A DNA stretch of 64,000 nucleotides from Catajapyx aquilonaris (taxonomy: Eukaryota): the NCBI GenBank assembly GCA_000934665.2, contig KZ538793.1:1-64000 (forward strand), given 5' to 3'. Shown in pieces: positions 36,995 to 50,979 of the stretch (position 1 is the first letter of the stretch; every line of letters begins with the position of its first letter). The position numbers and the translations under genes are program-made. Under the pieces are notes generated by a model, which was given only the letters and a program-made list of their open reading frames with translations, did no database searches and was not told the origin of the DNA.

Positions 36995-38789
36995 TTGACA
37001 GAAAAATATGAGGATCAATTTGACCGGCCTTACTCTCCAGTGTTGTTTCTTAAAGGGGGCCATTATATCAGAAGCATTTGTCGTCCGTGAGCCAGTGTCG
37101 CAAATACATATATAAAATGGTCGTTAGATATCTATTGCATGTATTTAAAACAAAAACAAAAATTTGAGCGCAACAATCAGTGTTGTGTGATGTACATACG
37201 GGATGGGTCATAAGTGGGATGATTTAATTTCAGTGTGTATTAAGAAAAATACTCTGCTTGCATGGTGTATGGTCTGCGGACAAGTTTTAAGAGACACCTA
37301 ACGAGTCATCTCTTGACTTGCTTTTGCCCAATCGCTTGACTCTAAAAACTACCTTTAATAGTGCGATAGGGAATGACTCCGGCATTGCGATGACTCAAGA
37401 GGTGCTATTAAACAAGTAGTTTGTCGACAAAATGGTGTGCTGGAGAATGAACTGAGTGGACCTGCTGGACCATGTGTGATAATAGTGATTCAGTCTTTTC
37501 GTTGTAAAAAAAATACACATTCTTCTACTCTGTTTCTATAAAGTGTGTGGTGTAAAATATTTTCTGGATCTTCAGGTGGGACATTGCATTTAGCTGCGGT
37601 ATTGTTGCTAATGGACACGCCTATCGTCAATGTTAAAGCACGTTTTATGGCGTGACAATTGTCCGACTCTACATAAGTCACAAGTTTAAAAAAATTGCCA
37701 AGTGACAAAATGTCCCACCCGATGACCCTTTTCAAAGAAAAGTAAACCAAGGGGTCCATTAGGAGAGAGCAGTCGAGTGCGGTCACCCTTCCGTGTCAAA
37801 AGTATTTTTCTATATGCGGTCACTTGAGTTGAGAGACGCTCGACTACAACTCTTCAGGTTGACAATCAAACCTGACGAGATTAAAACATTTGACAAAAAA
37901 AAAGAGTCACCAATCCACTTTACCACTACAGAAGAGCACTTGATAGTTCTTCCTATGTACCGACAATAACTGAACTACCCCACCATCCTCCCTCCCCGAT
38001 GATTGTTATTATGTAGTGAAATCGTTGTAAATTATTCCAAATGCCAAGACATTTTTTATACCGCTTGTGGAGTGCGACAAAACTCTTAAGCTTTATTCTG
38101 ACTTCCTCTATGAGCAAACATATGGGCAGGTCATGAGGAGAATAAAAATAATAAACTATAGGAGGTCATATTCTAGTCTTCCCAAAGCTTTGATGGACAG
38201 CAAATATTTCCCTGCCTCCTGAATTGATTTGTTGTTGTTTTTCTCTCTCTCTCTCTCTCGTCTCTCTCTTCTCTTTTGCATCCGGCTTCCAGCACATAGG
38301 ACCCATGGTCACAGATATTATGTACAAAGTTAACATGTCGCCAGAATGTTTTGTATCATAGTGTTGTGTGAATGAAAAATAAAAATGTATGACAAATTAC
38401 ATCCATTACTATGATTTTACCTTTTTGTTCAATTCACAAAAATTTGTAGAAGTGAAGGGGGTTATAAGGATCGATCCAGACAGTTTTGGGTTGGAATGAG
38501 TAAAAAACAAAAAAACAAAAAAACCACCAAAAAAAACAACAAAAACGATGCGGTTGCAGCGAGGCCAGAATGCAAGCCCAAGGTGGCCGCTAATGGGCGC
38601 TGGGTGGTCGCCCACTGCCACTTCGCACCTTTCGCCAGCCACTCCTCATACTTGCCGGATTCTTTTCCTCTCAAACAATAGGCCGCTTAAAGTCCTTCAA
38701 GACACAGCAAGGCCCGGTTTTGCTAATAATGCCTTGTAGAAATATTTTCAGAAATATTTCAACCGACTTCTAATAGAAAAAAAATGTGT

Positions 38790-39015
38790 GGAAAATCACT
38801 CCCAGAAAATGTGAATTGCACTCAAATATATATCACTCGAAAAAGTGATTTTCAATCGATATTTGAAAATTGGAAAAGAAAAGTTCATTTCAAGATGCTT
38901 CTGCAGTGGAGCAAAAAATAAATCACTCATTTTAAAAAATCACTCCAATTGAGCCGAAAATCACTCAAAAATCACTCATTTTAAGAATCACTCCAACAGA
39001 GCCAAAAATCACGAA
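38790..39015. repeat. cluster of AAATCACTC subrepeats (probable transposon subterminal region)
   Basis: About eight copies of (a)aatcactc, some imperfect, within 230 bp. Confidence 0.55.
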
Positions 39016-39914
39016 TATTACAGTATGTTCTATACTGGAATAAATCATGTACCTATACTCGTAATCAAATTCCCTACTTGATACAAGCTATATTCCAATG
39101 GAGGATTGAAGAGGAAGGCAGTAATTCCCCCTCTTCCTACCCTCCTCGAATTCTGTCGCATGTAAATGATATAGAGGAGAAAAGGGGATCATTCCTCTTG
39201 TGTCTCCATATTGTTTCTGAGCGTCATATATAGTATGCTGGGGTAGAAGCTAGCGACACTGGTTCCAACGTCAGGAATGTGGTGGCTGGATGGCGCAGAT
39301 GCATCGGAGTTCCGGCCTTATCTGGCGGCGGAGGCGGAGGACGGCCCGGGGACATTAGGGCCGCTGAAATATAACATCATCCCGGCGTCCCGGCGCCCGC
39401 TCCGCCCCTCCGCAACCATAAATCTATCTGCCGCCGGCGTCGCCCCAACACCAGCCACTCCTGCACGTCTGCCAACACCAGCCACCACCTTCTTCCTTTT
39501 CCTAAATAACATCAAATAAAAACAACACCACACGCCTGTAAGTTAGAGTCAGCCAATCACGAGTTCGAGGTAGGCTTATTACAGTCATGGATTCTCGACA
39601 ATTGGTTAGACGTTCGACTGTTCGAGTATTCGCCCAAATAATCTTCAACCAAATTTTGCCCAAATTACTGCTACGGAAATAATTTCATTTCGATTAAATG
39701 TAGGCTATACAACATCAATCTAGAGATGTGATGGGCAACTGTATATATGTAAGGCCTAATTATGTGGAGGATAATTGTATACAGGTGTTGACCAGGGGAA
39801 AAAAGTGTCTTCGTAATTTATGGACGACCACTTTTCAGTGCTTCAGCTTCTGATAACGTTGCCTCTGCAAAGGTGAGTCCAATGTGACTTTAGGAGAATA
39901 AGAGCATATAGCTA

Positions 39915-40223
39915 GGGGCGGCGGAGTGGCGCTGCGGTAACATACGCGCCCGGGGTTTCCCCCTTCATGTCATGCAGAGTTCGGGGTCATCTCTGGCTTC
40001 GTCTCAGGTGGTATCTCCGTTAAGACAAACCACCCGGTGGAGTTCACAAAATGACCACAGCAACGACATTGCACTGCACTTTACCTTTTGTCATCCTTCC
40101 CGGGCGCTTCAAACAAAGGTTCCACTGTACAATAATAACGGCACAATAAAGGTCCGTGCGATATACCCAAAGAGGGGTGAAAGCACTACCCAGGATTATT
40201 AGGATTATTATAATAATAATATA
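39915..40223 (+). mobile_element. SINE family B copy with internal deletion of the B-box
   Basis: Matches the copies at 61761-62174 and 63151-63561 (gtggcgctgcggtaac, gcagagtt, aaaccacccgg, gcactaccc + ATT tail); imperfect TSD catatagcta / catataggtta. Confidence 0.88.
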
Positions 40224-42314
40224 CATATAGGTTAGCTAACTTCCAGGATTACAAGTCCATTTAAAAATATTAGAGCATATGGGAAGGAGTGATTTTGTTG
40301 AGATTTATGGCTGGCATAGGCAACAATGCAATTTGTGCAGTATTTTCATGAAATCGTAGCTCATGAACTGATCGTGTTAGGTAATGATGAATACCCCGTG
40401 AGCATCTTTAGAGAACCGGTTCTTTAAACTTTTTGTTGTCACGGAGCCCCGTTTTTCCTACATAGCTTTTCGGAACCCTGTTCCATTTTTTATGAGCAGT
40501 GGAGATTTGAGATAAATTGCGACAATTCACTTCCAGAGAGATCTCATGTACATGAGAAAATCCTCAGTGTGACCCGGGGATCGAACCGTGGACTTCGCAG
40601 AATTGTTTACTTATTCCCACTACATGGCAAAGTCGCATCTCGGACGCGTCTGGCCTTCTAATGTAAACGAACCTATTGTATAGACGAGGGTACCAGTACT
40701 TGAGTTGATTATCCATATTTCCTGGAACGGCAAATAGCTATCATGGCCAAAACTATCGTCCTGCTGGGTCTAAGCTTCGAAATACATCATTGGGAATCTC
40801 CAGGGAGGAAAGGGAGGGAGCGTACCGAAGCAGCATTTCATTACAGCAACAACTGTGCCCTTTCTAATGTCTATAGTTGCATACATTACCCATGATGGGG
40901 GCGCTCAATACTGGTGAGGCGTCCAATTAGACCTCGAGATGCAATTGGTCGGGCAAGGTTCCCCGGCGCATCGAGTCATTTTGGGGTTTGCTGCGCCTCT
41001 GCACTTTCCCATGGGTTCAAATGATGGAAAAAGAGGTGTCCATCGATGCCGGTTGGTAAGGTGTAGCAAGGCGTGATGTGGACAGAAGGGTGTGGGATAG
41101 GTGGCCCCATTTGGCGGCGTGGAGGCCAACCCAAAGGGAACATTAGCGGGCAAGCTGGGGCCACCAAAGAGCCGGAGCCAAGGGAAAGTAAAGGAAGAGG
41201 CGGCCAATGGAACAGGCCCCAACCGTAGAGCCCAGCTTCCCCGAGCGATGTAGCCCGACCAATCCGCTCCCTCGGATTACGGCCCAATTTGGCCAAGCTC
41301 ATTTCCGCATCATCGCCAGTGCGACCAAGCCCACCAACCTTACTTCGCCCGGCACTACGTTTCAATAATGTAGCTTTGCTTGCCGCCTCAGAGTGCCAAC
41401 CAAGACGCCTTGCTTTTAGGGTATGACTTGCAAGTAGTCTGTATGGCATCATCATCGTGGTTATGATCACGTTGTCATCACTATTTTCCAACGCGGTACT
41501 AATAATAACATTATGGCATGACATTAGAGTGAAATCAGTTGTAACAACACCTGAAGCAATGCGTCACTATAAATATTAATATAGTATGAATTTTTTATTT
41601 GCGAATAAATAGCTTTAATATAACGCATGACAAATATGACGTCCGTCAGTGTGTAGGTTCCTGGAGTCGTGAAAATCTTTGTTTGCATTTGAACATTTGA
41701 AATTTGTTCAAATCGCCACCCATGGAGCTACAAATATTCAATAATTTTCAATTTTATGGCAATTACAGAAGTTACCTATATTTAAAATATGCACATATGT
41801 TCGTTGAAAGTGAAGTTTGCAATTGATGGCTGTTTCTTACACTGGTTGCGAATGGTAACATAAGTAGGCTACTCAATTAGAAAATAAAATAATGGCCATG
41901 CAACCCATTAGTTTGCAGTCGCAAGCAGCAGTTTTCTTAGACATCAATTTTAGTGGCGAATATGCAGCTCTATAAAATTCGGCGTTTATAAAACTACAGA
42001 CAAATTTTACATCACATCAGGCTTATTGCAAGGGAACAAAGGCACAACCAATCCTGGTGGAACAGGAGTTTTCAATGAAATCACCTAAATAATGAATTTT
42101 ACATCAGTTAAATGCAGCATACTTATAGCATGGCAAAGAACAAAGGTTTGCTATCCACCTCCCAACAACAGCAGTGGGAAAGGGCAACAGTTACTGCATT
42201 CAGTGTAAACACTGTAAAGTAATATACGGTATATAGCAATATATGATGCAATATATTGCAAGTATTGGGAAACTAACAGCTGTACTGCAAATGTAGTCCT
42301 ACACTATACCTACA

Positions 42315-42600
42315 GGGTGATGATGGGAAAGGGCGGTCACTTCTCGGATTTAGGCTTCTTGCGATATTGCATGACAATATTACCCTACAGTTGATTTTGG
42401 AGACTTTGGTTCTTCATTACGGAGATAATACGGTCTTGCTGGTCATAGGGTAATAGGCCTCATCCTGCAGGGTAGGGGACATGTTTACTACACGGGTCGC
42501 CTGGAGCAGATGATGAGCCCTATCACCGGCGTATTACGGCAATTCAAAACTTAACAAGCTATTATCTCCGTAATAAAACCAAATTCGCCAAAATAAACTA
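42315..42600. mobile_element. degenerate Tc1/mariner-type MITE fragment
   Basis: Starts TA|CAGGGTGA; internal inverted repeat ttggttcttcattacggagataat / attatctccgtaataaaaccaa; right terminus not found. Confidence 0.45.
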
Positions 42601-43047
42601 TACATTGTAATTACCTCTTATAATATCGCACACTCCTCTCTAGCCCAAGAATAATATAGGTTCCTAGTAATAAAATAATAAAAATAAAACATTTTCAAGA
42701 TGTCCTCAGGAGGAGGAAAGGGCTCAAAAAATATATGATACCAAGTCATAAAATAATACCTATATGCTATGCATGAACTTTCAAATAAAATGCAAGTGTC
42801 CACACAGTTCATTGGCAGATTGTAAAGTTCGACATATTATTGTCCTGCTGGGTCTTCCGCAGCTCATTTTAGACTTTCTATCATCGAAAAAAGTCATATA
42901 TGGGTGATTCTCCAAAAACTTACCATTTTCAAGGCAAGAATTAATGAATTTCAAAACTTGTTTTTAAAATCTGGAAAAATTCTCACTTACTCCATATGAG
43001 GTCACAAATCAGGGAAAAATATGGGGAACTAATTCTGATATTCTAAT

Positions 43048-43480
43048 GCCAGGAGAGTGAATATTTCCAGGAGTTCGGGAGCCAGAAGAATGACCTATGC
43101 ATGCAATAGGATTAATATCACGGTCCAGAACAAATGTTGTCTATGGAGATTTCGGTGGGTTCAAGAAGACCCTTCATTCCATGGAATCACAGTTATTTCA
43201 AAACATTTAAGCTATTATGTGGCATAGAAAAATGAGCCAGGAGTGTGAACTTTTAATTTCCGGGAGTTTGGGAGCCAGAAGAATTGACCTTTGGATGCAT
43301 TAGGATCGATTAGGATTAATATCACGGGCCAGAACAAATGTTGACTCTGGAAATTTCTGTGGGTTCAAGAAGACCCTTCATGCTATGGAATCATAGTTAT
43401 TTCAAAACATTTAAGCTATTTTATGACATAGAAAAATGAGCCAGGAGTGGGAACTTTTTATTTCCGGGAAAACTCGGGAC
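43048..43480. repeat. tandem repeat, about 2.2 copies of a ~190-205 bp unit
   Basis: gccaggag.gtgaa...gggagccagaagaat...gggttcaagaagacccttcat...catagaaaaatga repeats from about 43048, 43235 and 43440. Confidence 0.85.
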
Positions 43481-45240
43481 ACACTTTGGAGTGATGCAGC
43501 AAGGTCATGTCAAATGAATAAATCGTTTTAAAAATGTTGCTTTATACCTGCAACTATGTACAATTTAATTATAGTATTGAAACTTGTCTAATGTTAATAA
43601 TAAAACTGTAAGAAAATATAGCATGCTTTAAAATGAGATCGGGACATGCCAAGAATAGTGATTTTAGGCCATTTGACATACTCCAGTATACACTTTACAG
43701 TCGAGTTCTGGTTAACCCCTTGGTTATTGGGAAATACGGCCCTGCCTATATGACAAAATAATGCAAGGCACAACATGACAATGCCGAAATTTCCGACCTT
43801 CGCTTATTCGTATCCCACCCAATTACCGGTATTATTCCAGTGGCCTATGCCGAATGGGTTATGCGTTATGGGATTCAGATTAGATGGTGGATGGGCGCTT
43901 CCTTCTAAAGAATCGCATTGTTTGTCGCGCCCCAAGTAAATAAAGATATCTGTTATTACTTTTTACAGTACTCCTGACCGCCATCTTATTGTAAAATATG
44001 TCACATTTGAATTTTTTATTCGCGTGCCTATCATCCTCTCATTAGACGTTTCAATTTGTGCACCCAGCACTTAGAAAAATTCCATGATTACTCAACCAGA
44101 TGAACATGTAAACACATGCCTTACAATGAGGAAAACACACTCGATGAAAATTGCATTGCTCTCGGACAATTTCTGTCAACACAAACGCTTATTATATGAG
44201 CCTGTTACATGTGTAAAACGAGGCAAAACTGCTCTAATTGCACTTAATTAACTGGTCAATGAAGGTGGCTGCATGGAGGACCATTTTTCCCTCAGATTCG
44301 CATGGGAGATTAGAATATACAAACGAATTTATTTACCCCCATTATCCGTAGACAAAGATAAGAATAGGCTATATACGAAGTTATCTTCTCCCCCTCCTCC
44401 TTACTGAAATATAATAACGAATGTTCTGCACTGATTTACTACTGAGAGCATTTATACCTTCATCTTTCACATAAAACGTAATCTGTACTGCCCATCTGGC
44501 ATTTAAAAACATACATGAAGATATTATTCGCATAACACATTATGAGTTTATGACACACCTCTTGAACAGCCATTATGAAGGTAATAAAGTCAAAATAACC
44601 CATCACCTCTAGAGGTTCACAACTTTTTAAAGATATGTACATTTCATTAATCAGAGATGCCCAATGTGAATTTTTTTTTGCTATCAATTTTTTCTTCTTC
44701 ATGCCGCACATAATTATTTGCCCTGATTAACCGAAACTTGTTGCTCCCAACAGTGTTGATCCTCCCTTCTGGCTTTCCCCCCTTGCAATATTCTCCTGCA
44801 AACTTCTCCCAACCCTCTGGTATCCAGCAGGCAGGCTTCCATTTCCAGTTATCAGTCGGACGCTTCATCTCCATAGTAGCCTAATAAAAGATGTCAGCCT
44901 GGCGCGCGATTTATTCTCGGGGCTCTTTGCGTGGGCGTTCAATCAACTTCCTCCTGCGGCTGCCAAATGGCCTACTCCATTACAGACCATGCACCGCACT
45001 TTTGTATACCCCAACCCCAACTTTTAATCAGTTCCTCGTGCTGCGCAAAAATGAGCTTGATGAGGCCTCACCTCACTAACATGGAGCCGCATCCTTGACT
45101 CATACACGCGTCGTGACATGCTGAAGTTCTCTTCTGCCATGATGGGGCAGAACACCCCCGAAATGGGGAAACCATCAAATTTGTAGCTGAAAAATAATTA
45201 GAGTCGTTAATATAATACATTTGTTATATTCAAATATATT

Positions 45241-45581
45241 ACCGAAGCAGGTTGGTATAGTGGTTAAGGAGTCCGACTGCTAATCGGACTGTCCTAGGTT
45301 CGATTCCCGGGCCGGCGATCCTGATCGTGGTTTTCTGTGGTTTTCCATGGTCCTCCCAGGATAATTCCGGGATCGCTCCTTACAATAGGCCACAGCCGCC
45401 TCCTTCCTCCCTATCCTTGGCCCCATCCATATATGATGTGTGAGGAAGATTTCAGAAAGACGGAGTGGTAAAATTGTGGTATTCCACCCCCTAATGGAGC
45501 GCCTATTCTCCCAATGGGGTAATATAAATAATATAAATAAATAAATAAATAAATAAATACACAAATAAATAAATAAATACA
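45241..45581 (+). mobile_element. tRNA-Ser(GCT)-like-headed SINE (head A, domain X, tail T2 with (AAAT)n)
   Basis: TGGTATAGTGGTTAAGG..GACTGCTAATC..GGTTCGATTCCC; ggttttctgtggtttt..aggccacagccgc; tail gtggtattccacccc; TSD caaatatatt at 45231 and 45582. Confidence 0.92.
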
Positions 45582-46516
45582 CAAATATATTTCCAACCCT
45601 GTGCGTACTGCTATTGGCTGCAGTGTCTCGTCCGTTAAGATGTGAATCAGCAGGCTTGTGGTTAATGAAGCTGACACTTACACCCAGAGTTTAATATTTC
45701 AAAATGGCCCATACGGCTTGTAAAAATAACTGAAATCTTGCAAGTAGGCAAGTATAGTCATGTTCATAGAAAAAAAAGTGCTTTTATCATGTCTCGGATC
45801 GTTTAGTCGGCAGATCCTGGCCTCCATAGCTGCACTGGAGGCAATCGGAAGACAGGAAATGTTCTGGTTGGAAATTTTATTTATAGTCCAACTTATACGT
45901 AACGGCAACTTGACTCTTAATACCAGTGCTTTATGGGATAAGCATCGTCAGCGCTGATAATTCGTTCCAAAAATGGCCTATTTCCCGCAGACTTTACAGC
46001 AGACATTTTTCCAGTCAATCTCGCTTTAATCGACTTTCGTGGCCTCTCAAATTCCCAGAGCCTGAAGCTACAAAATTTATGGAAACACTCCTTCCTTTTC
46101 ATCAGATAATCTTACTCGCAAGCGAGCCGGGACTTCGCCATCACAGGCAGGCCTATATACATAATTTGTTCCAGAAGCCAACTGTGATCTATGCTGGGAC
46201 ACAGGCACAGATTTTTATCGCCACCCATAAGTCACGTTGAAGGGCTGGAAGCTCCCTTTCTTACACCATGTGAATCCATGCGTAAAGTTTGCTTCTGCAG
46301 ACAAACTTTATGATCACATAGACTTATATTACAGTGCCAATTGTGTACCTGCTTGGTAGAACTTTGCAATTATTCTTGATGACATCAAATTTTGATGGTC
46401 AGGTCAATTCACAACATTTTGTGTAGCGCAGTCATCATACTTCAAAACTTCATAGCATTAAGTCACTAGATTTTGACTGTAGTCATTCTGAATTTAGAAC
46501 TGTCAAGCAGCATATA

Positions 46517-46791
46517 CATGGTGTTAATCCTAAGCGTGTCACCAGAAAAGGTGGTGGTAGAGGGCGCAGGTGTGAGCATTTTTGCATAAGGAACTAGGGG
46601 TCGGAAACGTACCCTCACCGAGTTACGCCCCTTTCAAGTTTGCGGCAGGCAGTGTGCAAGAGGCGTGCGGCACGCGGTAGAGTGACTCGGTGAGGGTGCG
46701 TTTCCGACCCCTAGTTCCTTATGCAAAAATGCTAACACCTGCGCCCTCTATCACCACCTTTTCTGGTGACACGCTTAGGATTAACACCCTG
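46517..46791. mobile_element. Tc1/mariner-type MITE with ~110-bp TIRs
   Basis: TA|CATGGTGTTAATCCTAAGCGTGTCACCAGAAAAGG ... CCTTTTCTGGTGACACGCTTAGGATTAACACCCTG|TA. Confidence 0.92.
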
Positions 46792-49700
46792 TATACACTT
46801 GAATTATTTCGACACTATACCACACAATCCCTTATGCTTATGGGAACCTATTATTCAATAATTACAGTATTTCGAAATGGGATACATTTTCCTTATGAAA
46901 AACTTACTTTATCTACACATTTAAAAATGCCTGAAAATGTGACTCTAATCGTCCTGCAAATCAAAGCTTCAATCGTTTGCACCACAATACCCAGAGTTAG
47001 ACCAGCAGGTTCCCTCCCCTCTTATATCAGGGCAAGCATTGTGTGAGAACGAATGGACATTCCAGATGATGTCCTCCTTCTTCTCCCCCGTCCCCACAGC
47101 CAGTGTCCAGCCACGCTATTTGAGGAAACGAGGACTTTCAGCTCTTGTCAAATGGGCCTGGCACATCTGCCCGTGGCTTTGAGGCTGGCTTGCTAATGGA
47201 GCCATTACGCGGGTTGGTGTGATGGAACAACGTCCGAGGAGGCATGGGGAGGTGGTAACTTTGGGTGGCCAACTTGTCGCTCAGACACTGACCGCTGACC
47301 ACCAAGTCGCTCTGTCCTGATTTATGGGGCGGGTGGCCTGCCGCAACAGGGGGTCAAATTACGAAGCGGTGCGGGCCCCTGGCCTCCCAACGGGACCTCA
47401 CATTGTGTGTCTCCACCTACACTCTGTCTATTCAACGCCACAGGCTCTGTCATGGCCGGCCACGTGCTGCGTGACGGGGGTGTAGTCACAGTATGTCACT
47501 TTTTGGTGGCCGGGTGCTGGCAACCCACCCGCCATCATGCGGGACGCTTCCACGCTTTTGTCTAATAGGGGGACATCATGGCTTTCATTGGGATTGTCAG
47601 CAAATGTGAGGCTTACTGTGGAATGGTCAACTAGCACATGCCCACGATGCACAGCCACGTGCTGTGGTTGAACCCCCCCCCCCCCCCATGTTTAATATAG
47701 CATTCGAAATTACTTTTTTGGGGGGGAAAAGTGCTACCAATTTGATCAATACACACCCATTCAAATCTCCCACATTCACCTAAGCTCGTGTGACCTTGAA
47801 CCCCCAAAATTCCCCTTCCGACATTTTTTCTGCCTACGCGCCTGACTTACAGTTCGAAAGTTTTCGACCCCTACCCCGGGAGGGGGGGGGGGAATCCTGG
47901 GTGCGCCACTGCACGGGTAGTTACTGATGGTAAAATTGGACTGCATTACATCGGAGCAATGAGGCACGGGTATGACGCGCTTCTCCTCAAGGCATAAATA
48001 GGTAGCTCCGATATGATGAGCGTAATTTCACCTAGTCTTACAGCACTTACAACTTCAGTTGAAAATTTCACTCAAATGTTTTCAGAGTGTCACCAGTAGA
48101 CATGGCTGCTCCTCGTCATCAAATGTTCCCCCTTGTCTCCACGAAAAAAAAGGACCTGGTGTATCACCATCAATTATCACGAATCAGTGTCCGGTTAACT
48201 TAGCATCTAATCAGCAGTTAAATCCCAGTAGAGGCAGCCTCTGAAAGGGCCTGTTTTCTTGTCAAATCCCCGGATTATTAGGCACGGACTTCCTAACAGG
48301 TCTGAAATGACTGGAGGCCCCTAAGGGCCAAAAGGATGAAGTAATGATGAGGCGAGAGAAAAGGACTGCGCAAATACTACGAGAGGCGATGAGGGGTTAA
48401 AACGATACAAGGGTCCCCCAAGTTTTCAATCAAACCGAGCAACCCTTGACACGAGAGACTGTGTAAAAGAGAAGGGGGTGCTGAGGATGATGCTTTTAAG
48501 CCTGGCCAGGGACAGTGGACCCCGTGACATCTGCGCCCAAGGGACAACAAGCGTGCCCATCCATTCAATCCCGCCAATTGCTAGTCATGGGGGAAAGAGG
48601 GGATATGAGGGGCGGATTTAGGGGGGGTATATAGGGAGAGTGGGGGACTAACTCAGTGGCCATTTGTCATTTCAATGAGAAATTGCGATGCCTTGCCGCC
48701 CCTCCATTATACGCGCCTTTTGCTGATAATGGGTCTGTTCATCAGGGTATCACAGACTGGCCCCGACAAATTATGCTAGTCTCGATATGAGATGGGGATC
48801 AAGAGGGATGTAAGATACGTTGTTGTCGCCCGTTGGGACAGTTGGGATTCCTGCTGTGACAAATCCATCCGATCGACAATGCCGGCCCGTATCGTCTGTA
48901 CTCCCCCACCTGCTCTTCCTAGAACGATATGCGTACATATAGTTCTGCATTATCAAGATTTTCATTGTTATGCACCCTCAATTTGTCACGAGCCATCGAT
49001 AGACAACTAATGGTGATAAGCTAGTTGTAGGCCATGCATGGCGCCGTATAAATCAGATCAGGAAGGAATCACGTCCGTGCGGTTGTGTATAGGATGTTCC
49101 TCCTGCTAAGATATCCACTGGAGCGCAATTTTGTGATAACTATCGTCATTGGTTTCTGTATAGTGTTTACAGAAAGGGGGATGGGGAGATCGGAGTGGAA
49201 TTGACTTTTCAGAGATGTTAAAAACTCATGTAATATCAGAGTTCAGAATGACTCTCAGCATTACCATGATAGTACTTTTAAATTTAATTACTCGTAATGT
49301 CAATTAAACAGCGACGCCCCCAGCCATTCACCCCTTCACAATTATTATTGCCTTCATTTGATGAACTGAAAATGAGGAATTCAGTTACAGGATAAAGTGC
49401 AGAGTACCATGACTTCCCTCAGGTGGTCCTCCAAGGTCCACTAAGAAGCACGGCCGATAAACTCCAACACTGCACGACCAGACCTTCCCACCTGCTTGAT
49501 AACAAAGTCAGAAACTTCATACCAACCCTTTACCTTCCCCATACAAACCCCGCTTGATCCATGTAGCTACCGACTAAAACTGCATCACGATTCCTTGAAA
49601 CTTTGTCTCCTAACAAACAGATAAATGAGGAGGGAGATAATGGGGGCTAAATTTCACACCAGTTCATATAAGGAGGGCGGGTTGTTGTTGTTTCCCCCTG

Positions 49701-50746
49701 CCGTCCAATGCTGTGTGGCACTATAGGGTCACTTGGTCATAAAAGTAGGGAAGAGGCTATATGAGCAAGAGGGGCCAGTTTTCTTTCTTGGCAGGATGGA
49801 AACATGCAACCATAAATGCCTTCTTTCAAGGACTTGTTCTCCCGAGGTATATAGGGCCTGCAACAAATATTGTTCCACTGAAACCTCTCCCATCTTCCAA
49901 ATTCTGCTGAAAATAATGTGTAGTGGTCCAACACTGCTATACTTGTAATAGTTGAAAGTAACTGCTATATTATTCGTGGACAAAATAGTTACAAAAATGT
50001 AAATGTGTCCCAAGTCTGTATATTTACATTGTGAATAGTGCTCGTTCTTGTTGTCTCTCACCCTGTATCGACCTTATTCAAGAGTGAATTTGTTGAATTT
50101 TGAGCCCCCTGTGCTCTGAGCATAACTACCATCCTCATCCAACTGCTCCCTTGCCACCCCCGCAACAACAGGTTTTAGCCATCGTCCAATAATGTTTTCA
50201 TTGCCACCAATAACAGCTTTGAATTATTATGGAGAACGAGGTGCTCTGTGGGTGACCGATGGCCCGGAAGTAAATCAGGCTTTCATAATAAAATGATTGA
50301 ACCCGATTGCATAGGCGTCGGGACGGCCAGGATGACACTATTTCACGGGCTGGGCTGGGGGAGGCTATAATGCTCATTATGCAACCTCCTACGCCATTTC
50401 CCGGACCGTTTTTTGTTGTAATATGGCTTGACAAGACCGGCCTTTGTTGATTTTGTCCATTACTCACAAATAATTGTTTGCCATTCACACCCGTCTTCCT
50501 GACCACTTCGTTGACGAGTTGATTCCGGGATTTATTCGGGTGAGTGCCACAATTTTTAGCAGAATTAGTTCCGTGCCCCTACTAAATCACATGGGAGAGG
50601 GGGAATTGCCCTTTTCATACGTGAATACAAGGTTGGGAATAGGTACCGGGTGATTCGAAAGTGGGCATTTTGGGGCGAGGAGGGTGTGAAGGAGACAACG
50701 ACCCATAGTTCAGAAAGTGCTGGAACCTTTATAATTTATAAATATG

Positions 50747-50913
50747 ACCCAAGCAGGTTGCTGTAGTGGTTAAGGAGTCAGACTGCTAATCGGGAGGTTC
50801 GATTCCCGGGGCCGGCCATCCTGACCGTGGTTTTCTGTGGTTTTCCCCGATCCCCCCAGGATAATTCCGGGGTCGCTTCCGTACATTAGGCCACAGCCGC
50901 TTCCTTCCTTCTC

Positions 50914-50979
<66 letters not shown>

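Noticed and set aside
43048..43480. Repeat arrays (also 18482-20117 and 38790-39015) as CRISPR-like
   Set aside because: Units are long or irregular with no unique spacers, there are no cas genes, and the context is eukaryotic.
44647..44874. Minus-strand ORF with WIPEGWEK (WW/MBD-like)
   Set aside because: Only a short motif resemblance; the rest of either domain is absent.
45246..45320. tRNA-Ser(GCT) gene
   Set aside because: Cloverleaf incomplete and continuous with a SINE body, tail and TSD.
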